DNA of 64,000 bases, taken from positions 192,001-256,000 of the forward strand of contig JANRKS010000007.1 in the NCBI GenBank assembly GCA_033763315.1, in the 5' to 3' direction. The notes below the pieces were generated by a model. It saw only the letters and a program-made list of their open reading frames with translations, was not told where the DNA came from and made no database searches. Made by a program: the position numbers and the translations under genes. This DNA is from Deltaproteobacteria bacterium (lineage in GTDB: Bacteria > Myxococcota_A > Polyangia > Fen-1088). Positions 30,255 through 40,616 of this stretch are shown here, piece after piece (the stretch's first letter is position 1; each line of letters opens with the position of its first letter).

Positions 30255-33242
30255 TTGTACACCAAGGTCGTGGAAGCCATCCGTCGCGCCGCGCCGCCCG
30301 CCATCTGGGGCCGCGGCGTCAAGCTGTGCCGTGACGGCGAAGGCGTGGTCCTGGAATCGCAAGACAAGGACGAGCTGGTGCTGCGGGTGCGCGCGCCCGG
30401 CGTAACCGTGGCCCCGACGGTTGTGATTTACCCGGGGGAGCTTGAGTGGGACTGCGACTGCGAGGGACGCATGCGCCCTTGCGAGCACATAACCGCTGCC
30501 GCGATTGCGCTGTCACAGACCGACGGGCAACCGGCAGCCATGAAAACCGCCAACACCACCGGCGGTCGCCTGGTCTACCGCTTCACCAGCAGCGAAAACG
30601 GCTTGATGGTGGAGCGCTTCATTGCCAACGCCGCGGGCGAAGAGAAGCCGCTCGTCTCGTCATTGGCCGCGATGTTGTCAAAACCAAGCGAAGCCTCGCT
30701 CGTGCACCCAGAAGAGCCCGACCTGCGCGCAGACCGCGTGCTTGAAAGCCGCGCGCGTGGCGTGTTGGCGGCGGACCAGTTGCGTGCGTTGATTGCCATC
30801 TTGGCGGACGCCCCGCGCGTGTTTTTGGATGGCAATGCGGTCAGTGTGTCAGCCGAGGAAGTCCTGCCGTTTGCCACCATCAAGGATGAAGGCCACGACG
30901 TGGTGTTGACGATCGCCGCGGATCCCCGCGTGAAAAAGGCCGTCGCCACCGGCGTGGTGTTGTGTGCCAGTCCACCGGAGGTCGGCACCACCGGCACGCT
31001 GGCGCTCGTGGGCGAATCCGAACTGTGTGGCGCGCGTTTGCAGAACCTTCCCTCAGTGCAGCGCTTTTCAGTGGCAGCGCTCGGCGAGTTGAAAACGAGG
31101 ATCGTTCCTGATCTGGAAACGCGCATGAAGGTGCAGATTCAAAGCCAGCGCCTGCCACGCGTCACCCGTGATCTGGCACCGCGCATTCAGATCGAACTTA
31201 ACCATTTGGGCACGGGTCTAAGCGCGATGGCCACGTTGGTGTATGGCGATCCGCCCTGCGCGCGCATTGATGAGGGCCGCATGGTGCACCTTTCGGGGCC
31301 CGTGCCCGTGCGTGATGAAGTGGCTGAACGCAAACTGCTGCTGCGCTTGCGCGAAGAGCTGGACCTTTTGCCAGGCCGCCGCGTGCAATTTCAAAATGAA
31401 GACGCCACACGCTTTGCAGCGCGTTTGGCGCGCTTTCGTGGCGAGCTTAAGGGCGACGCCGCTCGCGAGTTTTCTTCGCGCTACAAACTGGTGCCGCGGT
31501 TGTTGGCCTCTGCGCTGGGCGCACAACAAGACGGCCCCCCGCAACTTTCATTTCAGATGGCCTTCGACGTGGTGGGTGCTGAACGCGGCGGCGACACAAG
31601 CCGCCAGGTGGATGCCCCTTCTGTGTTGCGGGCCTGGGAACAAGGCTTGGGCCTCGTGCCACTTCAAGGTGGAGGTTTTGCACCTTTGCCGCTCGATTTT
31701 CTAGAGAAGCACGGCGCGCGGTTGGCGGCGTTGCTGGCTGCACGCGATGACCGCGGACACGTGGCGGGGCATGCCTTGGCGGATCTGGCGCAGCTATGCG
31801 ACGATCTGAACGCGCCCAAACCCGCGGCGCTCAAACGCCTCACACCGCTGTTCGAAAGCTTCGATCGTCTGCCACCGCCGCAATTGCCCAGCGATTTGCA
31901 AGCGACGCTGCGCCCCTATCAGAAGCAGGGCGTGTCGTGGTTGCAGTTCCTGCGCACGGCGGGCCTCGGTGGCGTGCTTGCCGATGACATGGGCTTGGGC
32001 AAAACACTGCAAACGCTGTGTGCGCTCAAGGGCCGCACATTGATCGTGTGCCCCACATCGGTTGTGCACAACTGGCGCGCCGAATGCCAGCGCTTCCGGC
32101 CGTCGTTGAAACTGTGCGTCTACCATGGCCGCGATCGCAAGCTTGATGAAAGCGCCGAAGTCACGCTCACAAGTTATTCACTCATGCGCTTGGATCAAGA
32201 AATCCTGCAAGCGGTGCAATGGGACACGATCGTGTTGGATGAAGCGCAGGCGATCAAAAACCCCGAAAGCCAGGCGGCACGAGCCGCGTGTGCGTTGCCA
32301 GCTGTGTTCCGCTTGGCGCTCACAGGCACGCCAGTTGAAAACCGGTTGGATGAGCTGTGGAGCTTGATGCATTTCACCAACCGCGGCCTGCTGGGTGGCC
32401 GATCCCATTTTGCCGACAACATCGAACGGCCGATCGTCAGCGGCGATCAAGCTGCGGTTGCCAAGCTGCGCGCACGCATCAAGCCATTCGTTATGCGAAG
32501 GCTTAAGCGTGATGTGGCGCCCGATCTACCACCGCGCACCGAATCGGTGATGCACGTGGAGCTCGATGAGAAAGAGCGCGGCATTTATGACACCGTCCGC
32601 GCCGCCGCTCAAAAGGATGTCATCGGCCTTCTGCAAAGCGGCCACGGTGTGATGGCGGCCTTGGAGGCCTTGTTGCGTCTGCGCCAAGCCTCATGCCATT
32701 CGGCGCTGATCCCCGGGCAAACCGCCACAAGCTCATCCAAGGTTGAACGTTTGGTTGATGCGCTTAGCACGGTGGCCGAGGAAGGCGGACGCAGCCTTGT
32801 GTTCTCTCAATGGACCTCGTTCTTGGATCTGATTGAGGTGGCGTTGAAGGAAGCGGGCGTTAAGTTCTGCCGGTTGGACGGCAGCACGCGCGACCGCGAT
32901 GCCGTGGTCAAAACATTCCAAGATCCGGCGGGCCCTCCGGTCATGCTGATCTCGCTCAAGGCGGGCGGCAGCGGCCTTAACCTTACGGCCGCCGATCACG
33001 TGTTCATCTGCGATCCGTGGTGGAACCCCGCGGTGGAAGCGCAAGCCGCGGATCGCGCCCACCGCATCGGCCAAGACAAACCTGTGTTCGTGTACCGCTT
33101 GGTGGCAGTGGACACCGTGGAAGCGCGCATCCTTGATCTACAAGAGCGCAAACGCGCGCTCGCCGATGCAGCCCTCGACGGCGGCGCCGCCGCGGCTTCA
33201 CTGACCAAGGACGATTTGTTGGCGCTGTTGGCGGACGCGTGA
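30255..33242 (+). CDS. SWIM-finger SNF2 helicase
   Basis: CDC...CEH SWIM; [18 protein letters not shown] and DRAHRIGQ motifs. Confidence 0.93.
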   Translation: MYTKVVEAIRRAAPPAIWGRGVKLCRDGEGVVLESQDKDELVLRVRAPGVTVAPTVVIYPGELEWDCDCEGRMRPCEHITAAAIALSQTDGQPAAMKTANTTGGRLVYRFTSSENGLMVERFIANAAGEEKPLVSSLAAMLSKPSEASLVHPEEPDLRADRVLESRARGVLAADQLRALIAILADAPRVFLDGNAVSVSAEEVLPFATIKDEGHDVVLTIAADPRVKKAVATGVVLCASPPEVGTTGTLALVGESELCGARLQNLPSVQRFSVAALGELKTRIVPDLETRMKVQIQSQRLPRVTRDLAPRIQIELNHLGTGLSAMATLVYGDPPCARIDEGRMVHLSGPVPVRDEVAERKLLLRLREELDLLPGRRVQFQNEDATRFAARLARFRGELKGDAAREFSSRYKLVPRLLASALGAQQDGPPQLSFQMAFDVVGAERGGDTSRQVDAPSVLRAWEQGLGLVPLQGGGFAPLPLDFLEKHGARLAALLAARDDRGHVAGHALADLAQLCDDLNAPKPAALKRLTPLFESFDRLPPPQLPSDLQATLRPYQKQGVSWLQFLRTAGLGGVLADDMGLGKTLQTLCALKGRTLIVCPTSVVHNWRAECQRFRPSLKLCVYHGRDRKLDESAEVTLTSYSLMRLDQEILQAVQWDTIVLDEAQAIKNPESQAARAACALPAVFRLALTGTPVENRLDELWSLMHFTNRGLLGGRSHFADNIERPIVSGDQAAVAKLRARIKPFVMRRLKRDVAPDLPPRTESVMHVELDEKERGIYDTVRAAAQKDVIGLLQSGHGVMAALEALLRLRQASCHSALIPGQTATSSSKVERLVDALSTVAEEGGRSLVFSQWTSFLDLIEVALKEAGVKFCRLDGSTRDRDAVVKTFQDPAGPPVMLISLKAGGSGLNLTAADHVFICDPWWNPAVEAQAADRAHRIGQDKPVFVYRLVAVDTVEARILDLQERKRALADAALDGGAAAASLTKDDLLALLADA

Positions 33243-33294
33243 CAAGCGTGAGGGGCGGCCCCGTGGCCTCCGTGCCTTACAAACTTTCTCTAGC

Positions 33295-34278
33295 TCACCC
33301 CCGCTCAACCAGGGTTCGCACCAACTTCAACACGAGGCGCACATGCTCAGCATGCGTCTCAAGCCGGTTCGCGTCGGTGAGGCTTCGCCACAAACTTGGC
33401 TCGAACTTCGTCAGTTCCGTGGTGTGCGGTAGCGATAAAACAACGTCATCGTTCGTGACGGCCACGTAGATCTCGTTCGTCGAAAAGGCGATTCTTATTT
33501 CGTCAAACGATCGCTCACGAAGATCGGTGAGTTGGCGGCGAAATGCCGGGGTCAACAACCCTCGCGCCTCGTCCTCTGATGCAGCATAAACCGCGTACAC
33601 GTCTTCGAAGGCGCTATCCTCGTCGAAACGCACAACACGACCAGGCTTTGTGATATCGAACGATTGCAACACTTTGGCGGCGGTGCGCGAGAGAAACTCA
33701 GCGTCGTCTGAAACGATCACCACGCGTTCCGATAGAGCGCTCGGAAGTTCGATCTTCACAAACAAACCGCTGAAGATTGTGTCGCTGACCTTATCTCCCT
33801 TGCTGTCATGCGACCGGTATTCGGCATTCACTTCGGCTGCCGTGAACAAAGCGCCGTGCACGGTGCCGCGAATTTGATCCTCGGTGTGGTACCAGTTCGG
33901 CTGCATGAAGAACAACCCGCTGCGTTGGAAGTCTGCTTGGTTTATGCCCAGCGCGGGCTCATAGGCGATCGACGCATCAACCGTTTTGATGAGCCTATGG
34001 ACCACTTCGTTTTTGAACGCCCAGCGATATTTTGTCACGCCCCAAAGGCTTGAGAAGTAGGCGGCACAAATGCCGAGCGCCAAAACGCTGGGCCACAGGG
34101 CGTACGCGGGCGGTCGCCCCGCGCTGGCTCCCAAAAGCTGCCAAAATATGCTGGGCACGCTCAAGGCGATGAGCCCCAGCGCGGCTGAGGCGGCGATGCC
34201 GCCCAAGGCCGCGGTTAGGAGGAGGCTTTTACGTCGCCGTTCTAGTGAGCGAATCGATTCGGCCAACGTGCTTTGCAT
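33295..34278 (-). CDS. DUF3137-like membrane protein
   Basis: Two N-terminal TMs; EDQIRG, TIFSGLF and FE..Y.VY....EAR.LLTP motifs. Confidence 0.7.
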   Translation of the reverse strand: MQSTLAESIRSLERRRKSLLLTAALGGIAASAALGLIALSVPSIFWQLLGASAGRPPAYALWPSVLALGICAAYFSSLWGVTKYRWAFKNEVVHRLIKTVDASIAYEPALGINQADFQRSGLFFMQPNWYHTEDQIRGTVHGALFTAAEVNAEYRSHDSKGDKVSDTIFSGLFVKIELPSALSERVVIVSDDAEFLSRTAAKVLQSFDITKPGRVVRFDEDSAFEDVYAVYAASEDEARGLLTPAFRRQLTDLRERSFDEIRIAFSTNEIYVAVTNDDVVLSLPHTTELTKFEPSLWRSLTDANRLETHAEHVRLVLKLVRTLVERG

Positions 34279-34305
34279 GCACGCACCATAGCAGCCGAGC
34301 GGCCA

Positions 34306-35592
34306 CTAGATGCCGGGGCACTTGGGGCTTGGCTTCACGAATGCGGTCTGCATGAAGCGCGGTGTGAAGTTGGTGCCGCTCACAGCCGCGGAGGCAACCC
34401 ACGCTTGGCCATCGTCGCTGCGGTAAAACTTCAACTGTCCGTTGGCGCTCACCGAAACGGCGTATCCCGTGTCTTTGGACCATGCACCCACGCCCACGGA
34501 CCCTGCGGCTTTAAGAACCCGTGTCCACGTGATGCCGTCTTCGCTGCGCAGAAGTTCGTCGCCACGGGCTGCAAACAAGGCGGATTGATCGGCAAACATG
34601 GAATTAAGGTTGGCCAAGTTCGCGACGGGCGTCCAAGTGGCGCCTCCATCTTGCGAGCGGCACACAGCGCCGGACGATCCACCCGCCACAATCACACCAT
34701 GGCTTTGCGCCACGGGCCCCCACTCAAACGCCGCACAGCCGGTGGTGCGCGGGGATCGAACGGTAAAGGTTCGCCCCAAGTCGGAGCTGGTCATCATCAA
34801 GAAATTGCGCGAGCCATTCTCGTCGCGCTCAACGCGCATCAGCAGCAACTTCTCTTTAGGGTAAAACTGAACGTTGCGTATGTGACTGATGTTGGTGGGC
34901 TGGAAACTTGTTTCCTTCCACGCCCTGCCCTCTTCCGATGTCCACACCTTGTGTGACCAAAACACCTTGAAGGCAGCACCATCGAAAAACGTGCTTGAGG
35001 TGTTTTCTGTGCTCGGCCCGGTCGCGCCGTTAAGCTTCGTGTATGAGCTCGACGGCAACTCTTGCCAATCGACCGCATTGTCGCTGTAAAACACCCTGCC
35101 GGGCGCCCCCCAGCCTGCAGACGCGATGATGGCGCCTCGGCCGCCGGCCAGCCCAGTCACAGCGTTGGCGCTGTGATCGTCATCTGGTGTTTTGTAAAAA
35201 TCATTGACGCGGAACTGCCGCCCGCCGTTGCACGAAACAGCTGTGCGCCCGCCCGGGCCCAAAGCCACGATGACAGGCACCAGCCCTGCCGGTGGCGGCG
35301 GGTCGACGAAGGCCGCATCACCATCAGAAGCCTTCGCATCATCGCTGCGCGCGCCGGCGTCGGGAACATCGCCCTTGCCCGCAGCTCCACTTGTTCCACC
35401 GCTCCATCCGCCGGATGATGAGCGTCCGCCGTCGCCTCCTTCACCGCCCGCGCCCTCGCCGCCGGAGCCATCATCGTCGGATGTTTTCACGTCGCCATTG
35501 ACGGCACCACCACAGGCCGCGCAAGCGAAGCACAGGGCACCCACTGCTCTCAAGAATGATGCTGACAAACCGTGAACTACTTTCGGTTGCAT
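34306..35592 (-). CDS. Lipoprotein with BNR/Asp-box beta-propeller
   Basis: AAC lipobox; Gly linker; repeated SxDxGxTW boxes. Confidence 0.7.
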   Translation of the reverse strand: MQPKVVHGLSASFLRAVGALCFACAACGGAVNGDVKTSDDDGSGGEGAGGEGGDGGRSSSGGWSGGTSGAAGKGDVPDAGARSDDAKASDGDAAFVDPPPPAGLVPVIVALGPGGRTAVSCNGGRQFRVNDFYKTPDDDHSANAVTGLAGGRGAIIASAGWGAPGRVFYSDNAVDWQELPSSSYTKLNGATGPSTENTSSTFFDGAAFKVFWSHKVWTSEEGRAWKETSFQPTNISHIRNVQFYPKEKLLLMRVERDENGSRNFLMMTSSDLGRTFTVRSPRTTGCAAFEWGPVAQSHGVIVAGGSSGAVCRSQDGGATWTPVANLANLNSMFADQSALFAARGDELLRSEDGITWTRVLKAAGSVGVGAWSKDTGYAVSVSANGQLKFYRSDDGQAWVASAAVSGTNFTPRFMQTAFVKPSPKCPGI

Positions 35593-35726
35593 GCGTCAAG
35601 CCACCAGCGGCCAGAGGAATAATCCTATGCTGCCCCGGCTTGACTCACAAGAACATCCAAGGTTCACCCATCGCGAACACAGTAGAACTACATAGGTGTG
35701 TCAAAATTCCGACGCGATCAAGGCGT

Positions 35727-37700
35727 TCAACCAAGTCCTGCCGTCAACACCACCACCGCACGGCAGTCAGCCGCCGCGAACTTGTGGTGCCGGTTGGGAT
35801 TCAACACGACACCGCCTTTGCGGCCCGAGACCGTCACAAGCTGAACGCCCAGCGCTGTTTCCCCACGCGCCGCCGCAGCGTCTAAAAGGTCAGAGAAATC
35901 GAAGGTCGATCCCAAGGAAAATTCCGACACCTCACGAAAGACGATCTCTGGCCCCTCGGGTCCGAGCAACAGATCGAACACCAGCCGCAGATCGGCTCGC
36001 AGCGCAATCTGAGCGATGACGTGGCTCAAGATCTCACCTGTGGCCAAGACTTCAGTATCGACCTTGTCGAACAAGTCTGCGTTCGATGGGTCGCGAAGTT
36101 GCACCAGCAAGTGCGGCCCCCGGGCCATGTCTTCCAGCAGCTCACGTACCAAGTGGTAACCCATCAGCGTGCGCGCATCGGCGTCTTCGGCGGTGTCAAA
36201 CCGGTCGCTGCCCACAATGAGAATGTTGTGGTAGGTGGCCAGCTGCACAGCCCCCAGATCTCCTGGCACCGCGTAGTCACCCACAAGATGGTTTAGTTTG
36301 AGCCGTTGTGGCTGAATGTCATTTTGTCGCAAGCGCTTCTCGCGATCGTCCACCGCAATGGTTGACATGATGTCAACATGCGACCGGTGTTGTGGATGAC
36401 GATCAAGCTCCCGCAGCACCGTCGGCACGGTGTGGTTCCATCCCAGGATCAAAATCCGCCGTTCAAGTAAGCCGTCGTCTCTCACGCTCAACAGCGAAGC
36501 CTGTGGCGGCGCGGAACTGTGGGCGATCGAAGATGGCGTCAAATCATATTCGAGGGCGAGCAACACCAAACGATCATCTGCCCGAATCACCTCATGTGCC
36601 GACGGATTCAACAACGGCGTTGGATTTTCCGTGCCCCGGAGCAGACCGATGACGATCCCATCTTCGAACGCATGCGTTAGTGTGCCCACCGCGCGCCCCA
36701 CCAAACCCGGCTCGGCCCTCAGATAGATCTCAGAGCCGCTGTCGTGGCTCAGCACCTCATTGAGCACATAGCTCAGGCCCGGATGCCTTAGGTTCTGCGC
36801 CATCAAGCGCCCCACCATGTCATCGGTGGCGATGATCTGCGCGCGCCCCACGCCATACGCCGCTTCAGCCACCGCGACGACGCGCGCGTTGTTAATAGCC
36901 GCCACCATCAAAGGCAGCTGCCCATTGTTTTCTGAGGCGCAATGCTGCCGAACGGTCAACATGGTCTTGAGCGTGCGGGCATCGTTATCAGCCTCGTCCT
37001 CGGGGCCGTTTTGATCCGTGCCGGGCAGAATCAGCACCGCGGCGCGCGCGTAGTCAACACGTCGCAAATGCTCTATCTGCAAGGGTGAGCCTGAGCGCAG
37101 AATGACATTGGTGCGCTTGTAGCGGGGGCCGAGAAGTTCCCGCAACGCCACGACGAGATCCAGGTCCACGTCTGGAACCAAGATCGCGATTTGCAGCTTT
37201 CTCGCACCTAATCTGCGGAGAAACCGGCGGACGCGACCGGTGGAGCCCAAGAGCTCGCGCAAAACTTCGGGAGAGCGCGACGTCCAACCCAGAATAACAA
37301 TGTGGTTCCGCTTGGCGATCGGCGTCAGCCCCTGCTCAAGCTGGCGAATGGTGCTGTTCAGCCACTGCGTCATGATGGCGATCAAGGCCCCCAGGAACAA
37401 CACGTAGCCGAGCACGGTGATCACGGTGGACACGACCCGGCGCAAGGCACCTTGATCGTCGCCCAGATACCCTGGGTCTGTGAGCCGCAGGAACGCCCAC
37501 CAGATCTCGTTGGCAAGGGGCTCCGCATGGCGGCTGTCATAGAAGAACACAGTAATGCCGCCCAGCAGGCTGATGGCAGCGATAAGGCCTGCCACAAACA
37601 GCAGACGGTATTGCGTTCCCCCGAGCAGGAACCTCTCAAGGGCGAAAATCAACTGCCGGCGCAGACGTCCAATCACGCCGTCATCATGCCATGCTTCCAC
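35727..37700 (-). CDS. CASTOR/POLLUX (DMI1)-like ion channel with two RCK domains
   Basis: WWAFLRLTDPGYLGDD pore loop; NHIVILGW and RILILGWN RCK starts. Confidence 0.8.
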   Translation of the reverse strand: MEAWHDDGVIGRLRRQLIFALERFLLGGTQYRLLFVAGLIAAISLLGGITVFFYDSRHAEPLANEIWWAFLRLTDPGYLGDDQGALRRVVSTVITVLGYVLFLGALIAIMTQWLNSTIRQLEQGLTPIAKRNHIVILGWTSRSPEVLRELLGSTGRVRRFLRRLGARKLQIAILVPDVDLDLVVALRELLGPRYKRTNVILRSGSPLQIEHLRRVDYARAAVLILPGTDQNGPEDEADNDARTLKTMLTVRQHCASENNGQLPLMVAAINNARVVAVAEAAYGVGRAQIIATDDMVGRLMAQNLRHPGLSYVLNEVLSHDSGSEIYLRAEPGLVGRAVGTLTHAFEDGIVIGLLRGTENPTPLLNPSAHEVIRADDRLVLLALEYDLTPSSIAHSSAPPQASLLSVRDDGLLERRILILGWNHTVPTVLRELDRHPQHRSHVDIMSTIAVDDREKRLRQNDIQPQRLKLNHLVGDYAVPGDLGAVQLATYHNILIVGSDRFDTAEDADARTLMGYHLVRELLEDMARGPHLLVQLRDPSNADLFDKVDTEVLATGEILSHVIAQIALRADLRLVFDLLLGPEGPEIVFREVSEFSLGSTFDFSDLLDAAAARGETALGVQLVTVSGRKGGVVLNPNRHHKFAAADCRAVVVLTAGLG

Positions 37701-37735
37701 ACTCTGTGTCCGCAGCCGTCACGCTGTTCAAGACC

Positions 37736-37751
37736 TGGTGAACGTTCACCA
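37736..37751. promoter_or_regulatory. Perfect palindrome TGGTGAACGTTCACCA, candidate enhancer or operator
   Basis: Exact 16-bp dyad, with an extra half-site GGTGAACG at 37787-37794. Confidence 0.55.
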
Positions 37752-37835
37752 CGCAGATGTCAAAGCTGGCGCACCTTGCACACCACGGTGAACGACGAGT
37801 GTGTGAAATGGGGTGGTTAGGCAGCGCAAGGTTGA

Positions 37836-37851
37836 TGGCACGGATCTCGCT
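37836..37851 (+). promoter_or_regulatory. sigma54 (-24/-12) promoter TGGCACGGATCTCGCT
   Basis: GG-N10-GC spacing with a TGGCACG core, 25 nt upstream of ATG 37876. Confidence 0.6.
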
Positions 37852-37875
37852 GTTGCGACTGCGGTGCCCCTATTC

Positions 37876-38652
37876 ATGCTTCATCGCCCGTGGCTCGGTG
37901 TGTGCACGGTGCTGTCCTTGTTGCCGCTGACGCCCCATGAGGCGTTCGCCGAGGAGGCTGGAGCGCACGCCAGTGCACGTATGCAAGCGGCCGCAGACGA
38001 CGATTCACCTTCGCCGCTGAACACCGTCAATGGGCTCTACCCCTTGTGGGAGCACACGGGCGTTCTACACAACGCGGGCGCGGTGCAGCTCGGCTACCAG
38101 CAAGCACAAGTGGGCATGGGATTCGCGCAGCTATCCACCCAGCCATTCCTAGATTTATACGGCACATTGAACTTGCAGGCGAAGGTGGCAGTGCTGATGC
38201 GAGAGCGGCTGAAAGTGGCCGTTGTGGCTGGCATTTATCGAATTCCCACCAACGCGCAAAGCCGCATGTTTGGCAACCTCAACGCCACAGGCCTTGTGAA
38301 TCCGTATGGGCCGTTGTATCTGGCGCCGCTGTCGCTGGCAAAGAGCGTGCTGTTGTCGCAGCGTTGGGCTTTGCATTGGGCCTCGACGTTGCTCGTAGCC
38401 TCCGGTGAGGATCAGCGTTACGTATCGGGTGGTCAGGCGCTGCTCGTTGAGGCGATCGCGAATGCGCATTGGCGCGCACGACTGCACGCTGGGGTTGAAG
38501 GCATCAACGTTCAGGGCCAAGGGCACGCGGCGCTGTCGTTTGCCTATCGCGGCGATGTGGTTCGCTTAGAAGCAGGTGGTGGTCAACGCATCCTGTTCAC
38601 GGGGGAACGTTCCACGTTTGTCATGTTCGATGGGGCGCTGGTGTTCTGGTGA
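37876..38652 (+). CDS. Secreted protein, probable outer-membrane beta-barrel
   Basis: Signal peptide (AFA|E), amphipathic strands and aromatic C-terminus (LVFW). Confidence 0.55.
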   Translation: MLHRPWLGVCTVLSLLPLTPHEAFAEEAGAHASARMQAAADDDSPSPLNTVNGLYPLWEHTGVLHNAGAVQLGYQQAQVGMGFAQLSTQPFLDLYGTLNLQAKVAVLMRERLKVAVVAGIYRIPTNAQSRMFGNLNATGLVNPYGPLYLAPLSLAKSVLLSQRWALHWASTLLVASGEDQRYVSGGQALLVEAIANAHWRARLHAGVEGINVQGQGHAALSFAYRGDVVRLEAGGGQRILFTGERSTFVMFDGALVFW

Positions 38653-40097
38653 AATCAGTGATGCGGTTGCGAAGTGCCATCGTTCTTCTGCTGTCATACG
38701 CCTTTGGATGCGACGCCTCCTATGGCGAGTTTCTAAACACCGTACCCATCGAAGACCGACGCGCGAACGCCAGCCAGCCAACGCACGTCTTTTTGGGCGT
38801 CGACGGGATCTCGCGGCAAGCGTTCGATCTAGCGCGTGAGGAAGGTGCGTTTGCAGGTTGGCATGCGGCCGACTGGATTAGTGTGTTTCCCGCGGTTTCC
38901 GACTATGCGTGGACACGTATTCTCGCCGCCGACCCGATGCCCGGGTACGAAACGCAATACTACGACCCGGAAGCCAACAAACTGCACAACAAGGGCTTGG
39001 CAGGCGTGGCCGAACATCCCTTTTCGCAAGGCTTGTTGGATCCCCTCTCCTGCTGGAACAGTTTTGATTACTTGGGTAACGGAGAACTTTGGACTGTCAA
39101 AGGCTATCTTGATCCCGAAGCGTCCTTGCCACCGACGGCAACCGAGATGTTCCGGGTTCTTGAACGACTGGGTCGCACTCAACCGGTGGCGCTCGCGTAT
39201 CTCATGAACGTGGACGTTGTTTCGCACTCAGGTGGTTTGCAGAAAGCCGTCGCCATGCTGGTGGAGCTGGATCATCAGATCGCGGCTTTCCAAAAACGCC
39301 ACCCGGGCCGCTTTACCTTCACCATGTTTGGCGATCATGGCAACGCCCACAAGCAGGCTGAACTGGTGGATCCCAATCAACTGTTGCGCGAGGTGGGCGT
39401 GGCCAGCGTCGATCGCTTGGATGACGTGACAAACTTGCAGGCCATCCCGATTGTTCACGTGCGCGTGAACTTTGTTTCAGTGCATACGCACGCTGACATG
39501 GCGGCCGAAGTGGCGCGCCGGAGCTCAACCCACCGCTGGGTGGATCTGGCCGCCGTCAACCTCGGCGACGGGCACTACGCTGTATACAAGAATGGCAAAG
39601 CCTTAACCTTCTCGAGGCAGGCCGACGGGGCGTATTTGATCACCGATCCTCGCGCGTGGGATAGGTTGCTCGGGTCCGACCTAATGGCGCTCTGCCAAGC
39701 ATCCCTCTGCGAAAACAACGAGTTGTCGATGGACGACGAACGCAGCTTCGCTTTGACCCACAACAGCCGCTATCCGGATCCCTTCCACCGCATCGCCACC
39801 GCCTTCACCGATGCTGCCGCCCGTAACCCACCGGAGGTGATCCTGTCCATGCCGGACGAAGTCTCTTCGTTTGGCTTTCACCTCCCAGGCGGCAGCGACC
39901 ACGCCGCCATCGATGGCTTTCACGGAGCGCTTACCCGCGGCTCCAGCCTTTCGGTGATGGCCTCTCAAGCGCACGAATTGCCAGAGGCGCTCCGCGCTGA
40001 GACGCTGCTGACTTTGTTTCCCGAGTTGCGGGAGCATCTGCAGCAGCAGCGATCAGAGGCCGCCGCGCCGACGAGAAGTCCTGCAAAGGGCGACTAG
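38649..40097 (+). CDS. Alkaline phosphatase superfamily / NPP-type lipoprotein
   Basis: AFGC lipobox; GVDG, FPAVS, DVVSH, GDHG and GFHG metal motifs. Confidence 0.75.
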   Translation: MKSVMRLRSAIVLLLSYAFGCDASYGEFLNTVPIEDRRANASQPTHVFLGVDGISRQAFDLAREEGAFAGWHAADWISVFPAVSDYAWTRILAADPMPGYETQYYDPEANKLHNKGLAGVAEHPFSQGLLDPLSCWNSFDYLGNGELWTVKGYLDPEASLPPTATEMFRVLERLGRTQPVALAYLMNVDVVSHSGGLQKAVAMLVELDHQIAAFQKRHPGRFTFTMFGDHGNAHKQAELVDPNQLLREVGVASVDRLDDVTNLQAIPIVHVRVNFVSVHTHADMAAEVARRSSTHRWVDLAAVNLGDGHYAVYKNGKALTFSRQADGAYLITDPRAWDRLLGSDLMALCQASLCENNELSMDDERSFALTHNSRYPDPFHRIATAFTDAAARNPPEVILSMPDEVSSFGFHLPGGSDHAAIDGFHGALTRGSSLSVMASQAHELPEALRAETLLTLFPELREHLQQQRSEAAAPTRSPAKGD

Positions 40098-40192
40098 GAA
40101 TCGCCGACCTAGGGGGCGGCACGGTCTTGCCACTTGCCTCGGCCCCCCAGTAGACCCGCTTCTTTGACGAATGAGAGCGTGAAGTCATCACA

Positions 40193-40260
40193 CATGGCCA
40201 TTCTGACATTGGCGTCAATTTGGCCATGGCTAGATTGACACGCACGTTAAAATGGCCAGG
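40193..40260. repeat. Two overlapping imperfect 36-bp palindromes with a 32-bp period
   Basis: CATGGCCATTCTGAC-N6-GTCAATTTGGCCATG and CATGGCTAGATTGAC-N6-GTTAAAATGGCCAGG share the central CATG. Confidence 0.75.
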
Positions 40261-40616
40261 TCGACGAACGCGTTGTGATGGCCGCAGGATCTGTTCGAGC
40301 GACGCAATCGCCGAGGCCACCCGTTGAGACAGCGTTGCTGGTCAGCCTCTCAGCTCATGCCAGCTGACAGTACAGATTCTTCGCCCAAGCCAAAGTGCCT
40401 GAGCTGATCGCCCACCGGGAACGCACCGCAATGCGATGTCCACCGTATCCCTTACCAGCTATCCGAGTGTGAGAGGACCATCTGCTCGACTCGGGTGTCA
40501 TCCCTGTGGACAAACTGTGGACACACACAACACATCGCGTCTGGAGCAACGATCTCGCGCCCAAAGCCGAGCCGCTCGCCGAAGGTCTTGGAGAGCGACA
40601 CACTCATGAATTTGAA

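Noticed and set aside
30255-33242. SNF2 helicase as part of an anti-phage system
   Set aside because: Stand-alone SWIM-SNF2 with no adjacent nuclease, methylase or other defence genes.
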